From Acidobacteriota bacterium (GTDB lineage Bacteria > Acidobacteriota > UBA6911 > RPQK01 > JADFOI01): DNA of 64,000 nucleotides. The notes beneath the pieces were generated by a model. The model searched no databases, was not told where the DNA came from, and saw only the letters and a program-made list of their open reading frames with translations. The DNA lies in assembly GCA_963663035.1 (NCBI GenBank), contig OY760074.1, forward strand, positions 256,001-320,000. The letters are read 5' to 3'. A program made the translations under genes and the position numbers. Shown one piece after another: positions 28,535-38,689 of the stretch (position 1 is the first letter of the stretch; every line of letters starts with the position of its first letter).

Positions 28535-30676
28535 CTAGCTTCTCCTGAGTGCCTCCAGGACTGTTTCGGGCGTCATGGGTAGATGTCGCACCCGCGCCCC
28601 GCTAGCGGCAAAGATCGCATTGGCAACGGCCGGTGCGGCAGGAGGCAGTCCCGGCTCACCGCAGCCGCCCTGGCTCTCATCACTGTCCACAATATGCACC
28701 TCCACGTCGAACGAGTCGCTCATACGCAGGAGATTGTAGTCGAAGAAATTGGACGATTTGACTCCACCGTCGGCAAAGTGGACTTTCTCTTTGAAAGCCG
28801 CACTCAACCCCATCGTGATGGCACCCATCATCTGGGCGTGAACGGTGTCGGGATTCACATGAGGCCCACAATCAACGGCGCAGACCACTCGATGAACTTT
28901 CACCTTTCCGGTGTTTCTGTCCACCGACACCTCGGCAACCTGAGCGACATAACTTCTATAGGAGTAGTAGCCGGCAATTCCGCGTCCCTCGGCCCCAACC
29001 AAAGGCTTACCCCAGCCTGCCTTTTCCGCTACCAGCTCGAGAACCCCATGTAATCGCTTGTTCTCCTTGAGATGTTGGAGGCGAAATTCCAGTGGGTCCT
29101 TGCCGGCGGCATGAGCCAGCTCATCCATGAAGCTCTCCACCGTAAAGCCGTTGTGAGAACTTCCCACCGAGCGCCAGAAGGTGCAAGGGATGGAATTTTT
29201 CAACTCCACCCATTTCACCGATACATTGGGGACCTTGTACTGCAGACGGGTCAGACCCGAGACGGCCTGTCCATCGAATTGGGAGCCGGGCCGCATAGAA
29301 AACTGGGCAGCCACGACCTTGTGGGACCAAGCGGTCACCTGACCTTCTGGGTCCAGCGCCGCCGTGATTCTGGTGGAGTTTGCGGGACGATAGAGATCGT
29401 ACTGAATGTCCTCTTCCCGGGTCCAGATGACCTTGACGGGTTCTCCCGTGGCCTTGGAAATCTGAATGGCCTCCTCAGCGAAGTCGGTTCTGGCCCGACG
29501 GCCCAGTCCGCATCCCAGATAAGGAGTATGCACATGGATTTGCTCCGCTTCCAATCCGGTAATACTGACTGCCGCATCCAGAACCCGACTTTGTCCTTGG
29601 GTGGAAACCCAGACATCGCATCGGTCAGCCTGCACATGAGCCGTGCAGTTTAGGGGCTCCATGGGGGCATGGGACAGATAAGGCAGATGATACTCCGCCT
29701 GGACCTGCTGGTGAGCCTGCTCTATTGCGCTTAGGGCATCACCTTCATCGTGTGCGGTGACCCCCTCCTTCTCCAGGCTGGCTACCAGGTCTCTATCAAC
29801 CGTTTCTGTGCTTTGGCTGGGAAAGTCTCCCTGGCTCCAGTTCACTCCGAGAGCCTCTCGACCCTTCCAGGCAGCGTCCAGGGTTTCAGCACAAACCGCA
29901 ACCCCGGCGTCCACTTGCACCACATGGCGCACCCCGGCAACCGCCTTGGCCGCTTCTTCACTGTAGGAAACCACCTCCGCCCCCAGGGCAGGCGGACGGG
30001 CAATCGCGCCGTAGAGCATTCCAGGCACAAAGGTATCGATGCCGAATTTGGCTTGACCGTTGACCTTGGCCGGTATGTCCAGACGCGCTATGGGCGTCCT
30101 CATGATTTTAAATTCGCTTTTGTCCTTCAGACGCGGATTCTCTGGCACGGGAAGTTGGGAGGCTTCCTCCACCAGCTCCCCATAGGTGAAGCTCCGGCCA
30201 CTGGATCTATGAAGAACCTGGCCCTCAGAGGTCTGACACTCGCTGACGGGCACACTCCACCTTTCGGCGCCTGCCTGCAACAGCATCTCTCGACCTGCAG
30301 CACCGGCTAACCGCAAGGGCTCATACATGCTTCTCACACCACCGCTTCCTCCGGTTGTCATTGAGGTGAAGCGGGGCGGAGTGTAGTACTCCTTGCGGGT
30401 GGGCGCCTGCTCAACTCCGACCTGATCCCACTTCACATCCAGCTCCTCGGCCACAATCATGGCCAGGGCGGTATGGGTCCCCTGACCCATCTCCGATTTG
30501 TTGACCATAACCGTGAGCCGATTATTGGCTGTCAGGGTGTACCAGGAGGTAGGCTGGAACTGGTCCGTGTCGGCTTCCGCCATGGCGAAAACCTTGAAGC
30601 CCGAAGCTGTGGCTGCTACCGCCAGTGTAAGACCTGTTCGGGTCAAAAACTCTCGACGATCGATTGTGCTGTTCAT
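28535..30676 (-). CDS. Xanthine dehydrogenase-family molybdopterin subunit (IorB-like) with Tat signal
   Basis: DRREFL, SEMGQG, TGGS, HAPMEP, WRSVG, GEPG; ATG 30676 overlaps the upstream stop. Confidence 0.9.
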   Translation of the reverse strand: MNSTIDRREFLTRTGLTLAVAATASGFKVFAMAEADTDQFQPTSWYTLTANNRLTVMVNKSEMGQGTHTALAMIVAEELDVKWDQVGVEQAPTRKEYYTPPRFTSMTTGGSGGVRSMYEPLRLAGAAGREMLLQAGAERWSVPVSECQTSEGQVLHRSSGRSFTYGELVEEASQLPVPENPRLKDKSEFKIMRTPIARLDIPAKVNGQAKFGIDTFVPGMLYGAIARPPALGAEVVSYSEEAAKAVAGVRHVVQVDAGVAVCAETLDAAWKGREALGVNWSQGDFPSQSTETVDRDLVASLEKEGVTAHDEGDALSAIEQAHQQVQAEYHLPYLSHAPMEPLNCTAHVQADRCDVWVSTQGQSRVLDAAVSITGLEAEQIHVHTPYLGCGLGRRARTDFAEEAIQISKATGEPVKVIWTREEDIQYDLYRPANSTRITAALDPEGQVTAWSHKVVAAQFSMRPGSQFDGQAVSGLTRLQYKVPNVSVKWVELKNSIPCTFWRSVGSSHNGFTVESFMDELAHAAGKDPLEFRLQHLKENKRLHGVLELVAEKAGWGKPLVGAEGRGIAGYYSYRSYVAQVAEVSVDRNTGKVKVHRVVCAVDCGPHVNPDTVHAQMMGAITMGLSAAFKEKVHFADGGVKSSNFFDYNLLRMSDSFDVEVHIVDSDESQGGCGEPGLPPAAPAVANAIFAASGARVRHLPMTPETVLEALRRS

Positions 30677-31146
30677 GAGTTCCTCACCTCCTCGGCCGCC
30701 TGTTTGATGGCCTGCTTGATCCGCATATAGGTCCCGCAGCGGCAAAGATTGCCCTCCATGGCCTGGATGATCTCTTCATCGCTGGGATTGGAATTGTTCT
30801 CCACAAGGGCCACCGCCGACATGATCTGCCCCGATTGGCAGTAGCCGCACTGGGGAACCTGGACGCCAATCCAGGCCTGCTTTACTGGATGATCTTCGGC
30901 AACGCCTTCGATGGTGGTGATCTCGCGGCCCACCACCCGGCTCGCCGTCAGCTGACAGGATCGCATGGGCCGGCCGTCCACGTGGACCGTACAGGCACCA
31001 CACTGGGAGATTCCGCAGCCGAACTTGGTGCCGGTGAGCTGAAGATGTTCCCGGATGATCCACAGCAAGGGAACATCCTCTTCCGCTTCCAAGGTGTGGG
31101 GTGCTCCATTGATTTGCAGTGTAAATGTTTGCTTCATTACAGACAC
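30673..31146 (-). CDS. 2Fe-2S subunit (IorA/CoxS-like)
   Basis: GTKFGCGISQCGAC, QCGYCQSG, NLCRCG. Confidence 0.95.
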   Translation of the reverse strand: MSVMKQTFTLQINGAPHTLEAEEDVPLLWIIREHLQLTGTKFGCGISQCGACTVHVDGRPMRSCQLTASRVVGREITTIEGVAEDHPVKQAWIGVQVPQCGYCQSGQIMSAVALVENNSNPSDEEIIQAMEGNLCRCGTYMRIKQAIKQAAEEVRNS

Positions 31147-31378
31147 TCCTTCTCGTCCCTGTTAATTAGGGAGTTTAAGTAGATTGTACTGCGTGTAAAC
31201 TGGAAAGCACTTTGCTCAAGTATATGATAAGGATGTGATCACTGATTGCTCTCTTGAAAGGGTATCGGAGAGAAAAAGGAGTGTCAAATAACCCTCTGTT
31301 CGCTTTCCAACTTGTCTTCGAATCTCCAAAGGTTTAGCCTAAGTTCAGTCTAATGGATCCTCTGGAGGCCCGATAAAA

Positions 31379-32353
31379 GTGAAGATGGTCTTCATTCTGA
31401 CTCTCTGTCTTTCCCTGTCCGCCCTTAACGCCTTAGGACAAGATCAATTCGAATTCCGGGGCACGGTCTTGCAGGCTGACGGTAGACCTTTCAGGGATGT
31501 GGTGCCGGTGATCTTTCTTCACGGGGCCACCGATTCGTTTGTGACCCAGACCGTTGCTGATCGCGGTGGGAACTTCAAGTTCGAGAGGCTTTCTCCTGGA
31601 ATGTACACCCTGAGCATCGCGGTCCCGCGGTGGGGCCAAATGCAACAGACCATCGAAGTAGGAGCCAGCTTCAGCGATCCCGAGGGTAGGATTGAGACGA
31701 CCTTTCACTTTGATCCCAGGTCCTCACAACAGGATGAGAATACGGTTTCAGCCACCCGGTTGTCCATTCCCGATAGTGCCGTTAAGGAATACATGAAAGC
31801 TCAAGATCAACTGGAGAAGCGTGATGTACCGGCTGCTGTCGAGCATCTCAAGAAGGCGGTCGAGCTGGCCCCCCAGTTTGCAGATGCCTGGAACAACTTG
31901 GGAACCATCGCCTACCAGTCCAAGGAGTATGGGCAGGCCGAAGTCTATTTTCGCGAGGCCCTCGAGCAAGAGGCCGATTCTTATCTTCCTCTGGTCAATC
32001 TGGGTGGAGCCCTACTGTCTCAAGGGAAGTGGGAAGAATCTTTACCGATCAATCTGCGCGCTGTGGAGATCCAACCGGACGATGCCCTGGCCCACTCCCA
32101 ATTGGGGCAAAGTTACTTTTTTCTGGGTCAGCTGGACAGCGCCGAGAGACACTTGAAGCAGGCTAAGACGCTGGATCCCAGACATTTCTCCTACCCTCGG
32201 CTGGTACTGGCTCAAATCTATCAGCTCAGACAGGACTCTGCATCCCTGGTGGGGGAGTTTGAGGAGTTCCTGCAGTACCACCCCGATTCGGAGCTTGTTC
32301 CTCAGGTCACTGATTGGTTGAAGCAGGCTCGTGCCCGCGAGGGTGATCTCTAA
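31379..32353 (+). CDS. Secreted carboxypeptidase-regulatory-like plus TPR protein
   Basis: Signal peptide; G.F.F..L.PG.Y; TPR repeats such as AWNNLG and AHSQLG. Confidence 0.8.
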   Translation: MKMVFILTLCLSLSALNALGQDQFEFRGTVLQADGRPFRDVVPVIFLHGATDSFVTQTVADRGGNFKFERLSPGMYTLSIAVPRWGQMQQTIEVGASFSDPEGRIETTFHFDPRSSQQDENTVSATRLSIPDSAVKEYMKAQDQLEKRDVPAAVEHLKKAVELAPQFADAWNNLGTIAYQSKEYGQAEVYFREALEQEADSYLPLVNLGGALLSQGKWEESLPINLRAVEIQPDDALAHSQLGQSYFFLGQLDSAERHLKQAKTLDPRHFSYPRLVLAQIYQLRQDSASLVGEFEEFLQYHPDSELVPQVTDWLKQARAREGDL

Positions 32354-32434
32354 CCACGATTAACCATTGATTCTGACCACCTGAACGGTTAGCATGAGTG
32401 AAGAAATCAACCGACCAAAAAGGAGCCAAGCGAG

Positions 32435-34327
32435 ATGAATAAGGCAATCTATCAAAGCATCGACCGGTATCTTTCCAAGCAGAGTTCCAGAAGGGATTTC
32501 ATTCAAGCAGTGACTGCCGTGGGCATCTCCAGCCTGGCTGCCGAGTCCTTGCTGGCCTCTGTTCAGGTGGGCTTGGGAAGTGGCGATGAACTAGGCATGG
32601 CTCCACCTCGGACGCTTGAAGGAACCGCCGGCTCCTTGCTGGTGGAGCAATTGAAAGCGGCTGGCGTGAAGTACATTTTCCATACCAACACCAGCGGCTT
32701 GGTCACCATGACGGATGCAATCAACACAAATGAGATGCAGGTGATCATGCTCACTCATGAAGGACAAGCGGTATCAACGGCGCAGGGCTATGCCCTGGCC
32801 AGTGGCGAGCTTGGGTATTTCATGGGAAGCAAGGTGGGAGTGGGGAATTCGATCAGCAATTTGTACAACGCTTGGAAGGATCGTACGCCGCTCATCATCA
32901 GTTTTGGGCGTGCAGGTTTGAGAGGTCAGGCCGGACAGGATGGATTTGAAGAGTGGGATGACCATCTGAAACCCACAGAACCTTTTACTGCCTGGAGCTG
33001 GAGTTGTGTTGATGCCGGGTCCATGCCTCAGACGCTTCGCCGCGCCATGAAATTCGCATTTACACCTCCCGGGGCTCCTGTCACCTTGGACTTTCCATCC
33101 GATCTTCTCAGTGAAAAGGTGCGGTCTCCGATTTACAACATGGATCCAGCTCGTGTGCGTCCTGTGTTTCGCGCCAGTAGCGATCGGATCGAGAAAGCGG
33201 CCCAATTGTTGGCGGAAGCCAAGAGTCCTCTTTTTCTGGTGGGACCGGAGGTCACTCGCGGAAAAGCCAACCAGGCCATGTTGGATCTGGCTGAAAAGCT
33301 GTCCGTCCCCGTTTGTCAGGCGGATGGTCTTTTCTGTGACTTTCCCACCCATCATCCGCTCTTTATGCGGAGTTATTCCCGCAGCATGAGGTTCCCTCAA
33401 AACATCGATTTGGTGATCAACTTTGGAGCCAAGGGCGGAGGTTCGCCAGCAGGAGGCCGCTTGGTGCATGTGAGCAGCGATGCCGATATGATCGGAAAAA
33501 GGGGATACGCAGATCTTCCCATTCTCGCTCATGTCTCAACTGTGATCTCGGATCTTTCCGATGCCCTCGATGGCCTATTGACAGCGGATCGCATGAAGCG
33601 GCTGCGGTCGGAACGGTTGGTCAAGGCCAGTGACTTTAATCAGAAGCTGCGAACATCGAGAGAGATTGCACTGGAGGCGAAGTTTGACAGCACTCCAATG
33701 TCCTGGGAGCGGGTCGGTTTTGAGCTGGAAAAGGCCCTGGATAAGAATGCTGTCATCGTTCCAGAAATCGGCAGCGAGGGCCCCAAGGTGTTGGAAATCT
33801 TGAAGATGGGCCTTGAGGACAAATTGCAAATTGGACGCACAACTGGCTCAGCACTGGGTTGGGGGGTAGGAGCGGCACTGGGAGTGCAGTTGGCCCTACC
33901 GGAGCGCCAGGTCGTGGCGATGCAGGGTGACGGAGGTATTCTGTTCGGTCAAACCGAGACGCTGTGGAGCATTTCTCGCTATGATGCGCCTGTGCTCATC
34001 GTGGTGATGAATAACCACAGCTACAACGAAACCCGCAATCGCAACCTTTCCTTTGGTGGAAGGCAGTTCAAGAACGGCCAGGACTTAACCAGCTATTTGG
34101 GTAATCCCGACGTGGATTTTTCCAAGATAGCCGCTGCCTACAACATCCCAGGTGAGAAAGTCTTTGATCCCGACGATCTGGGTCCGGCCTTACAGCGGGC
34201 GCTAAAGACCATGCGCGAAGGCCGGCCCTATTTACTGGATCTGGAGGTGGAGCGGGACGGAATATTCAGTGAGAATACCTGGCATTCTCCATTCTCCATT
34301 GCTCAACTTCGCAACCAGAGAGGCTAA
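32435..34327 (+). CDS. ThDP-dependent enzyme (benzoylformate decarboxylase/acetolactate synthase-like) with Tat-like signal
   Basis: SRRDFI plus hydrophobic stretch; THE catalytic Glu; GDGG...NN ThDP motif. Confidence 0.85.
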   Translation: MNKAIYQSIDRYLSKQSSRRDFIQAVTAVGISSLAAESLLASVQVGLGSGDELGMAPPRTLEGTAGSLLVEQLKAAGVKYIFHTNTSGLVTMTDAINTNEMQVIMLTHEGQAVSTAQGYALASGELGYFMGSKVGVGNSISNLYNAWKDRTPLIISFGRAGLRGQAGQDGFEEWDDHLKPTEPFTAWSWSCVDAGSMPQTLRRAMKFAFTPPGAPVTLDFPSDLLSEKVRSPIYNMDPARVRPVFRASSDRIEKAAQLLAEAKSPLFLVGPEVTRGKANQAMLDLAEKLSVPVCQADGLFCDFPTHHPLFMRSYSRSMRFPQNIDLVINFGAKGGGSPAGGRLVHVSSDADMIGKRGYADLPILAHVSTVISDLSDALDGLLTADRMKRLRSERLVKASDFNQKLRTSREIALEAKFDSTPMSWERVGFELEKALDKNAVIVPEIGSEGPKVLEILKMGLEDKLQIGRTTGSALGWGVGAALGVQLALPERQVVAMQGDGGILFGQTETLWSISRYDAPVLIVVMNNHSYNETRNRNLSFGGRQFKNGQDLTSYLGNPDVDFSKIAAAYNIPGEKVFDPDDLGPALQRALKTMREGRPYLLDLEVERDGIFSENTWHSPFSIAQLRNQRG

Positions 34328-34345
34328 GCGGAGGATTTCTGTTTT

Positions 34346-34927
34346 ATGGGTTGGAAGCACACTATTGGCCGATTATTTTTCCTCACCTGTGCTGGGCTAG
34401 CTGTTGTGGTGATGGCCTCTCAATATGTTGGCATGGGCAAGGGCTCTCCTGGCCCAACTACCAGTAACCTGTCGTCCCTTCTGCAAGAGCCAGAGGGCAG
34501 CCAAGTCTTTGGCCTGGCTTGCACGGGGTGTCATGGCCTGCGCGAAACGCAGCTCCAAGGAAAAACGGCTGATCAGTGGAGGAACACAGTGTACTCCATG
34601 ATCTCCAGGGGAGCCCCTTTGATGCCCGATGAGATTGAACCCCTGACCGAGTATCTGGCAGCTACCTATGGCTCCGATTCGCCTCCTCCCAGCTCAGGTG
34701 GCGAAAGCTCCCAGGCCGGAACAGCACTTCCTGAAGGCCCGGGTCGAAGCATCCTTGTAAGCAGCTGCGCCAGCTGCCATGGCCTGGACATACCCCTCAA
34801 CTCGCGCAAGTCTGAAGCTGAATGGAAACGGACGATCGGCGACATGATTGACTTTGGTGCCAAGGTAACGCCACAGGAGCAGGAAATTCTGGCCAAATAT
34901 GCAGCTCAGCATTTTGGCCGCAGGTGA
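34346..34927 (+). CDS. Membrane-anchored or exported di-heme cytochrome c
   Basis: CTGCH and CASCH, each followed by W..T(V/I)..M...GA; N-terminal hydrophobic segment. Confidence 0.85.
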   Translation: MGWKHTIGRLFFLTCAGLAVVVMASQYVGMGKGSPGPTTSNLSSLLQEPEGSQVFGLACTGCHGLRETQLQGKTADQWRNTVYSMISRGAPLMPDEIEPLTEYLAATYGSDSPPPSSGGESSQAGTALPEGPGRSILVSSCASCHGLDIPLNSRKSEAEWKRTIGDMIDFGAKVTPQEQEILAKYAAQHFGRR

Positions 34928-36471
34928 CAGCTAGGTTGCGGATTCTGAGTACAATTTCTCCTGGGATTAGCAGATTGCGTTTACAGAGAATGAGACAGGG
35001 TCCAGCCTGGTCACCGAGCTTACTGCGGCTGGCTCTCCTGGTGGCAGTCCCGGCGTTGCTTCTGCTCTCCGCTGCGACTTTTCAGACTGAACCTTCCGCC
35101 GTCGAAACGAATTCTCCTTCTGGGCCAGCCACGGTTTTTCGAGTGCCCATTGAGGGCATGGTCGACCTCGGCATGGCTCCTTTCGTGGCCCGAGTGATCG
35201 AAGAAGCTTCTTCAGCGGAGAACGGCGTCGTGCTTCTGGATATCAACACCTTCGGCGGCCGGGTGGACGCGGCTGTGATGATACGGGACGAGCTCATCGG
35301 CAGCTCAATCCCTACCATCGCCTTCATCAACCCGCGGGCGATCTCGGCGGGAGCGTTGATTTCTCTGGCCTGCGAGACCATTGCCATCACCGACGGCGGT
35401 ACCATTGGAGCGGCAACCCCCATCACCGGTGGCGCAACAGAGGAGCCGGAGGTTGCGGACGAAAAATTCATGTCCTACATGCGCACCGAGATGCGAGCGA
35501 CGGCGGAACGCCGTGGTCGGCCCGGTGATGTCGCCGAGGCGATGGTGGACCCGGACGTCTCAATCGAAGGGCTGATCGAAAAGGGCAAGGTGCTGACCCT
35601 GACCACCGACGATGCCCTTCGGGTCCAGGTGGCCGACTTTCAAGCAGAAACGATGACCGATGTCCTCGCAGAGCTTGGATTTGCCGATGCCGTCATCGTC
35701 GATAGGGCGTTCAACTGGGCGGAGGAAGTGGGCCGGGCGGTGTCCAATCCGATAGTCAGCTCCTTCCTTCTCAGCCTCGGATTCCTGGGTATCATGCTTG
35801 AGCTCTACCAGCCCGGCTGGGGTATTCCCGGATCAGTTGGCCTTGCCTGTTTGCTCATCTTTTTCTTCGGGCATCAGGTGGTCCAACTTGCGGGCAACGA
35901 AGAGATTCTCCTGTTCGTGGTGGGGGTGGCGCTAGTGCTCTTAGAGGTGCTCGTGATCCCAGGCTTCGGCATCGCCGGGATAGCGGGCCTCGCCATCATA
36001 TTGGTGGCGGTGCTTCTCTCTCTGATTGGCCTCGACTTCCGGGTGTCCTGGGATCTGGGTTTCGTCAACCGGGCTCTGGTCATTCTTTCATCCTCGATCG
36101 TGATGACTCTGGGCGGCGGCTTCCTAATCTTGCGACTCCTTCCCGCGACAGGCGTGACACGACGTTTCGTGCTCAAGACGGCGCTCCGGGCGGAAGAAGG
36201 GTTCAGCTCGCATTCAGCGGAGACGGAGAGGGCCCTGCCTGAAGGAACGACAGGCACGGCACTAACCGACCTCAGACCGGCAGGAAAGATCCGTGCCGAG
36301 GGAAAACGTGTGGACGCGGTCTCCGAGGGGGGCTTCATCCAGGTGGGCGCGAAGGTGGTTATCGTCTCCTGGCGATCCGGTGAAGCGGTAGTGCGCCAGC
36401 AAGTGTCCCCCGATGAAGAGTTCGAGGGCGACCCCACCCAGGACACCAACCAAGACGAGGTGGAATCGTGA
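34924..36471 (+). CDS. nfeD: Long NfeD membrane serine protease (YqeZ-like)
   Basis: DINTFGG, AISAGALI, EK Ser-Lys dyad, TDLRPAG OB-fold; start uncertain. Confidence 0.85.
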   Translation: MTARLRILSTISPGISRLRLQRMRQGPAWSPSLLRLALLVAVPALLLLSAATFQTEPSAVETNSPSGPATVFRVPIEGMVDLGMAPFVARVIEEASSAENGVVLLDINTFGGRVDAAVMIRDELIGSSIPTIAFINPRAISAGALISLACETIAITDGGTIGAATPITGGATEEPEVADEKFMSYMRTEMRATAERRGRPGDVAEAMVDPDVSIEGLIEKGKVLTLTTDDALRVQVADFQAETMTDVLAELGFADAVIVDRAFNWAEEVGRAVSNPIVSSFLLSLGFLGIMLELYQPGWGIPGSVGLACLLIFFFGHQVVQLAGNEEILLFVVGVALVLLEVLVIPGFGIAGIAGLAIILVAVLLSLIGLDFRVSWDLGFVNRALVILSSSIVMTLGGGFLILRLLPATGVTRRFVLKTALRAEEGFSSHSAETERALPEGTTGTALTDLRPAGKIRAEGKRVDAVSEGGFIQVGAKVVIVSWRSGEAVVRQQVSPDEEFEGDPTQDTNQDEVES

Positions 36472-36980
36472 CCGACCACTTCGTCATTGTTGCCGCCCTG
36501 CTGGTGGCAGGTTACGTGTTGATGGCGATGGAAGTCTTCGTCATCCCCGGAGTTGGAGTCGGCGGAATCGGTGGAAGCCTCTGTCTGGGCGCGGGCTGCT
36601 GGCTCGCCTTCCGCTGGTTCGGCCCGCTGCAGGGGACTGTCGCTGTGGTCTTTGTCGTGGCGACGACGACCGCATTTATGATCTGGATTCCTCGCAGCCG
36701 TTACGGTCGCGATATCGTGCATAAGACGACCCTGGCCGAAGCATACGCGGGAGATTCGAACTTAACCGTCGGGCAGATCGGCGAGGCGGAGTCCGATCTG
36801 CGGCCTGCAGGGATCGCTCGGTTCGGTGAGCAACGGGAGAGCGTAGTCACCGAAGGCGACTACGTACCCGCCGGTAGCCTCGTCTCGGTGATCGAGGTTC
36901 GAGGTTCAGAAATTGTCGTGGAATTCGCACAGAAAACCACAAACGGGGTACCGCACAAGGAACCCCAGGGAGGTAGCTGA
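36468..36980 (+). CDS. Short NfeD-family protein
   Basis: EVFVIPG, 3 TM segments, DLRPAG OB-fold. Confidence 0.8.
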   Translation: MTDHFVIVAALLVAGYVLMAMEVFVIPGVGVGGIGGSLCLGAGCWLAFRWFGPLQGTVAVVFVVATTTAFMIWIPRSRYGRDIVHKTTLAEAYAGDSNLTVGQIGEAESDLRPAGIARFGEQRESVVTEGDYVPAGSLVSVIEVRGSEIVVEFAQKTTNGVPHKEPQGGS

Positions 36981-37972
36981 TGGAAGGTTCACTTTTTGCC
37001 CTAACCTTGTTCGCTCTGGTGATCTTTGGTTTCATCATGTACTTTGTTCCCCTCGGACTATGGATCGCCGCCTTCTCATCCGGCGCCTACGTGGGGATCG
37101 GTACGCTCATAGCGATGCGTTTACGCCGTGTGCCTCCCGGGGTCATCGTCAAGCCGCGCATCAGTGCCGTCAAAGCGGGGCTCTCGATTAGCGTCGACGA
37201 GCTGGAGGCTCATTATCTCGCCGGAGGGAACGTGGAACGTGTGGTCAACGCACTCATCTCGGCCGACAAAGCGAAGATGGAGATCGACTTCGCCAGAGCC
37301 ACGGCTATTGATCTGGCCGGTCGCGACGTTTTAGAAGCGGTTCAGATGAGTGTCAATCCGAAAGTGATCACAACACCAAAGGTAGCTGCTGTAGCCAAGG
37401 ACGGCATCCAGCTCATCGCCCAAAGCCGGGTCACAGTGCGCGCTGACCTCGAGCGCCTGGTCGGCGGTGCTGGAGAAGAGACTATCGTGGCAAGGGTCGG
37501 AGAAGGCGTGGTCTCTACCATCGGCTCCGCCGAGACCCACAAAAAAGTCTTGGAGAACCCCGACCAGATTTCCAAAACCGTTCTCGCCAAAGGTCTCGAT
37601 GCAGGCACGGCTTTCCAGATCCTCTCGATCGACATTGCCGATGTGGACGTGGGAGCCAACATCGGCGCCAAGCTGCAAACAGAGCAGGCGGAGGCCGACA
37701 AGCAAATCGCCCAGGCCCGTGCCGAAGGTCGTCGCGCTATGGCGGTCGCCCAGGAGCAGGAGATGAGAGCGCGGGTGCACGAGATGCGGGCCAAGGTCGT
37801 GGAAGCCGAGGCCGAGGTCCCCTTGGCCATGTCGCAAGCCTTCCGAGATGGCAATTTGGGTGTGATGGACTACTACAACATGAAGAACATCGCCTCGGAT
37901 ACGGGAATGCGAGATTCCATCTCACGGTCCGTAGAGCCGGAAGACGACTCCGGGAAGGGTGAGAATGAGTAA
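36980..37972 (+). CDS. floA: Flotillin-like protein FloA (YqfA/UPF0365)
   Basis: [38 protein letters not shown]. Confidence 0.9.
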   Translation: MEGSLFALTLFALVIFGFIMYFVPLGLWIAAFSSGAYVGIGTLIAMRLRRVPPGVIVKPRISAVKAGLSISVDELEAHYLAGGNVERVVNALISADKAKMEIDFARATAIDLAGRDVLEAVQMSVNPKVITTPKVAAVAKDGIQLIAQSRVTVRADLERLVGGAGEETIVARVGEGVVSTIGSAETHKKVLENPDQISKTVLAKGLDAGTAFQILSIDIADVDVGANIGAKLQTEQAEADKQIAQARAEGRRAMAVAQEQEMRARVHEMRAKVVEAEAEVPLAMSQAFRDGNLGVMDYYNMKNIASDTGMRDSISRSVEPEDDSGKGENE

Positions 37973-38186
37973 GAAAGTGATTGAGCGCCGCCGGGCCAGC
38001 CGGATTCTTTCGGCCATTCCCGAATCACCGCTTCTGGTCAAACCGTTGACTGACCCGGCGACGCTGCTGGACCGTCTGGTGCTCACGCTTGCGCTGGCTC
38101 CTCCGCAGGCCTTGGCGAGAAGAAAGACACCAGCAGCGAGTCGGGTCGATAACCAGAAGACGCCTGGCGAAGTGAGTCGAGGCTGA
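37965..38186 (+). CDS. Small hypothetical protein
   Basis: ATG overlaps the floA end; fills the operon gap. Confidence 0.4.
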   Translation: MSKKVIERRRASRILSAIPESPLLVKPLTDPATLLDRLVLTLALAPPQALARRKTPAASRVDNQKTPGEVSRG

Positions 38187-38192
38187 GAATCG

Positions 38193-38612
38193 ATGGAATT
38201 CAGTGATCTCGTCTATTTAGTTGTCTTCATCCTGTGGCTTCTCAAGGATCTCTTTTCTAAAAAGAAGCCGTCCGCCCCGCCCAGCGAGTCCCGCCCAATT
38301 GTGCCCGTCGACGCGCATCCCTCGTTCCAGAGAGTTCCCAAGCCTCCAACCTTAAAGGCGGCTTCAACAGAGGCGGCTGAAACGGAAGCCGTTTTGGAAG
38401 CGCCAGAGCGACGCCAAGTGGTGCATCAGGGGTTCTATAGGTCGGTCCCCAGGAAGGAACCCAAGAGAGTCCCAGCCGAAGTGCGGCCGGTTCCACCAGA
38501 GCCGGTCCCACCGGAGTCGGTCCGCATGGACCGATCGATGATCGCCCGTCAAGTCACGGAAGCCTTGCTTCTGGGCGACATCTTGCTCAGACCGCGGAGT
38601 CGGGGTAGGTGA
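38193..38612 (+). CDS. Hypothetical single-TM Pro-rich protein (YqfB-like position)
   Basis: N-terminal TM, C-terminal A.LL.DIL.RP motif, downstream of floA. Confidence 0.6.
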   Translation: MEFSDLVYLVVFILWLLKDLFSKKKPSAPPSESRPIVPVDAHPSFQRVPKPPTLKAASTEAAETEAVLEAPERRQVVHQGFYRSVPRKEPKRVPAEVRPVPPEPVPPESVRMDRSMIARQVTEALLLGDILLRPRSRGR

Positions 38613-38689
38613 GCGATACGCCCTGACCCTCGCGTCCAAGACCTGTTGGAACATTAATCCCTTTTGAGCGTAAGATTGATGGGTGTGGT

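Noticed and set aside
31201-31215. TGGAAAGCACTTTGC sigma54-like site
   Set aside because: Spacing is correct, but there are two mismatches in the -24 box and no other support.
38184-38195. TGA followed in frame by the next ORF (possible second read-through)
   Set aside because: No Cys/redox motif or convincing SECIS-like hairpin; the downstream ORF has its own ATG and N-terminal TM segment.
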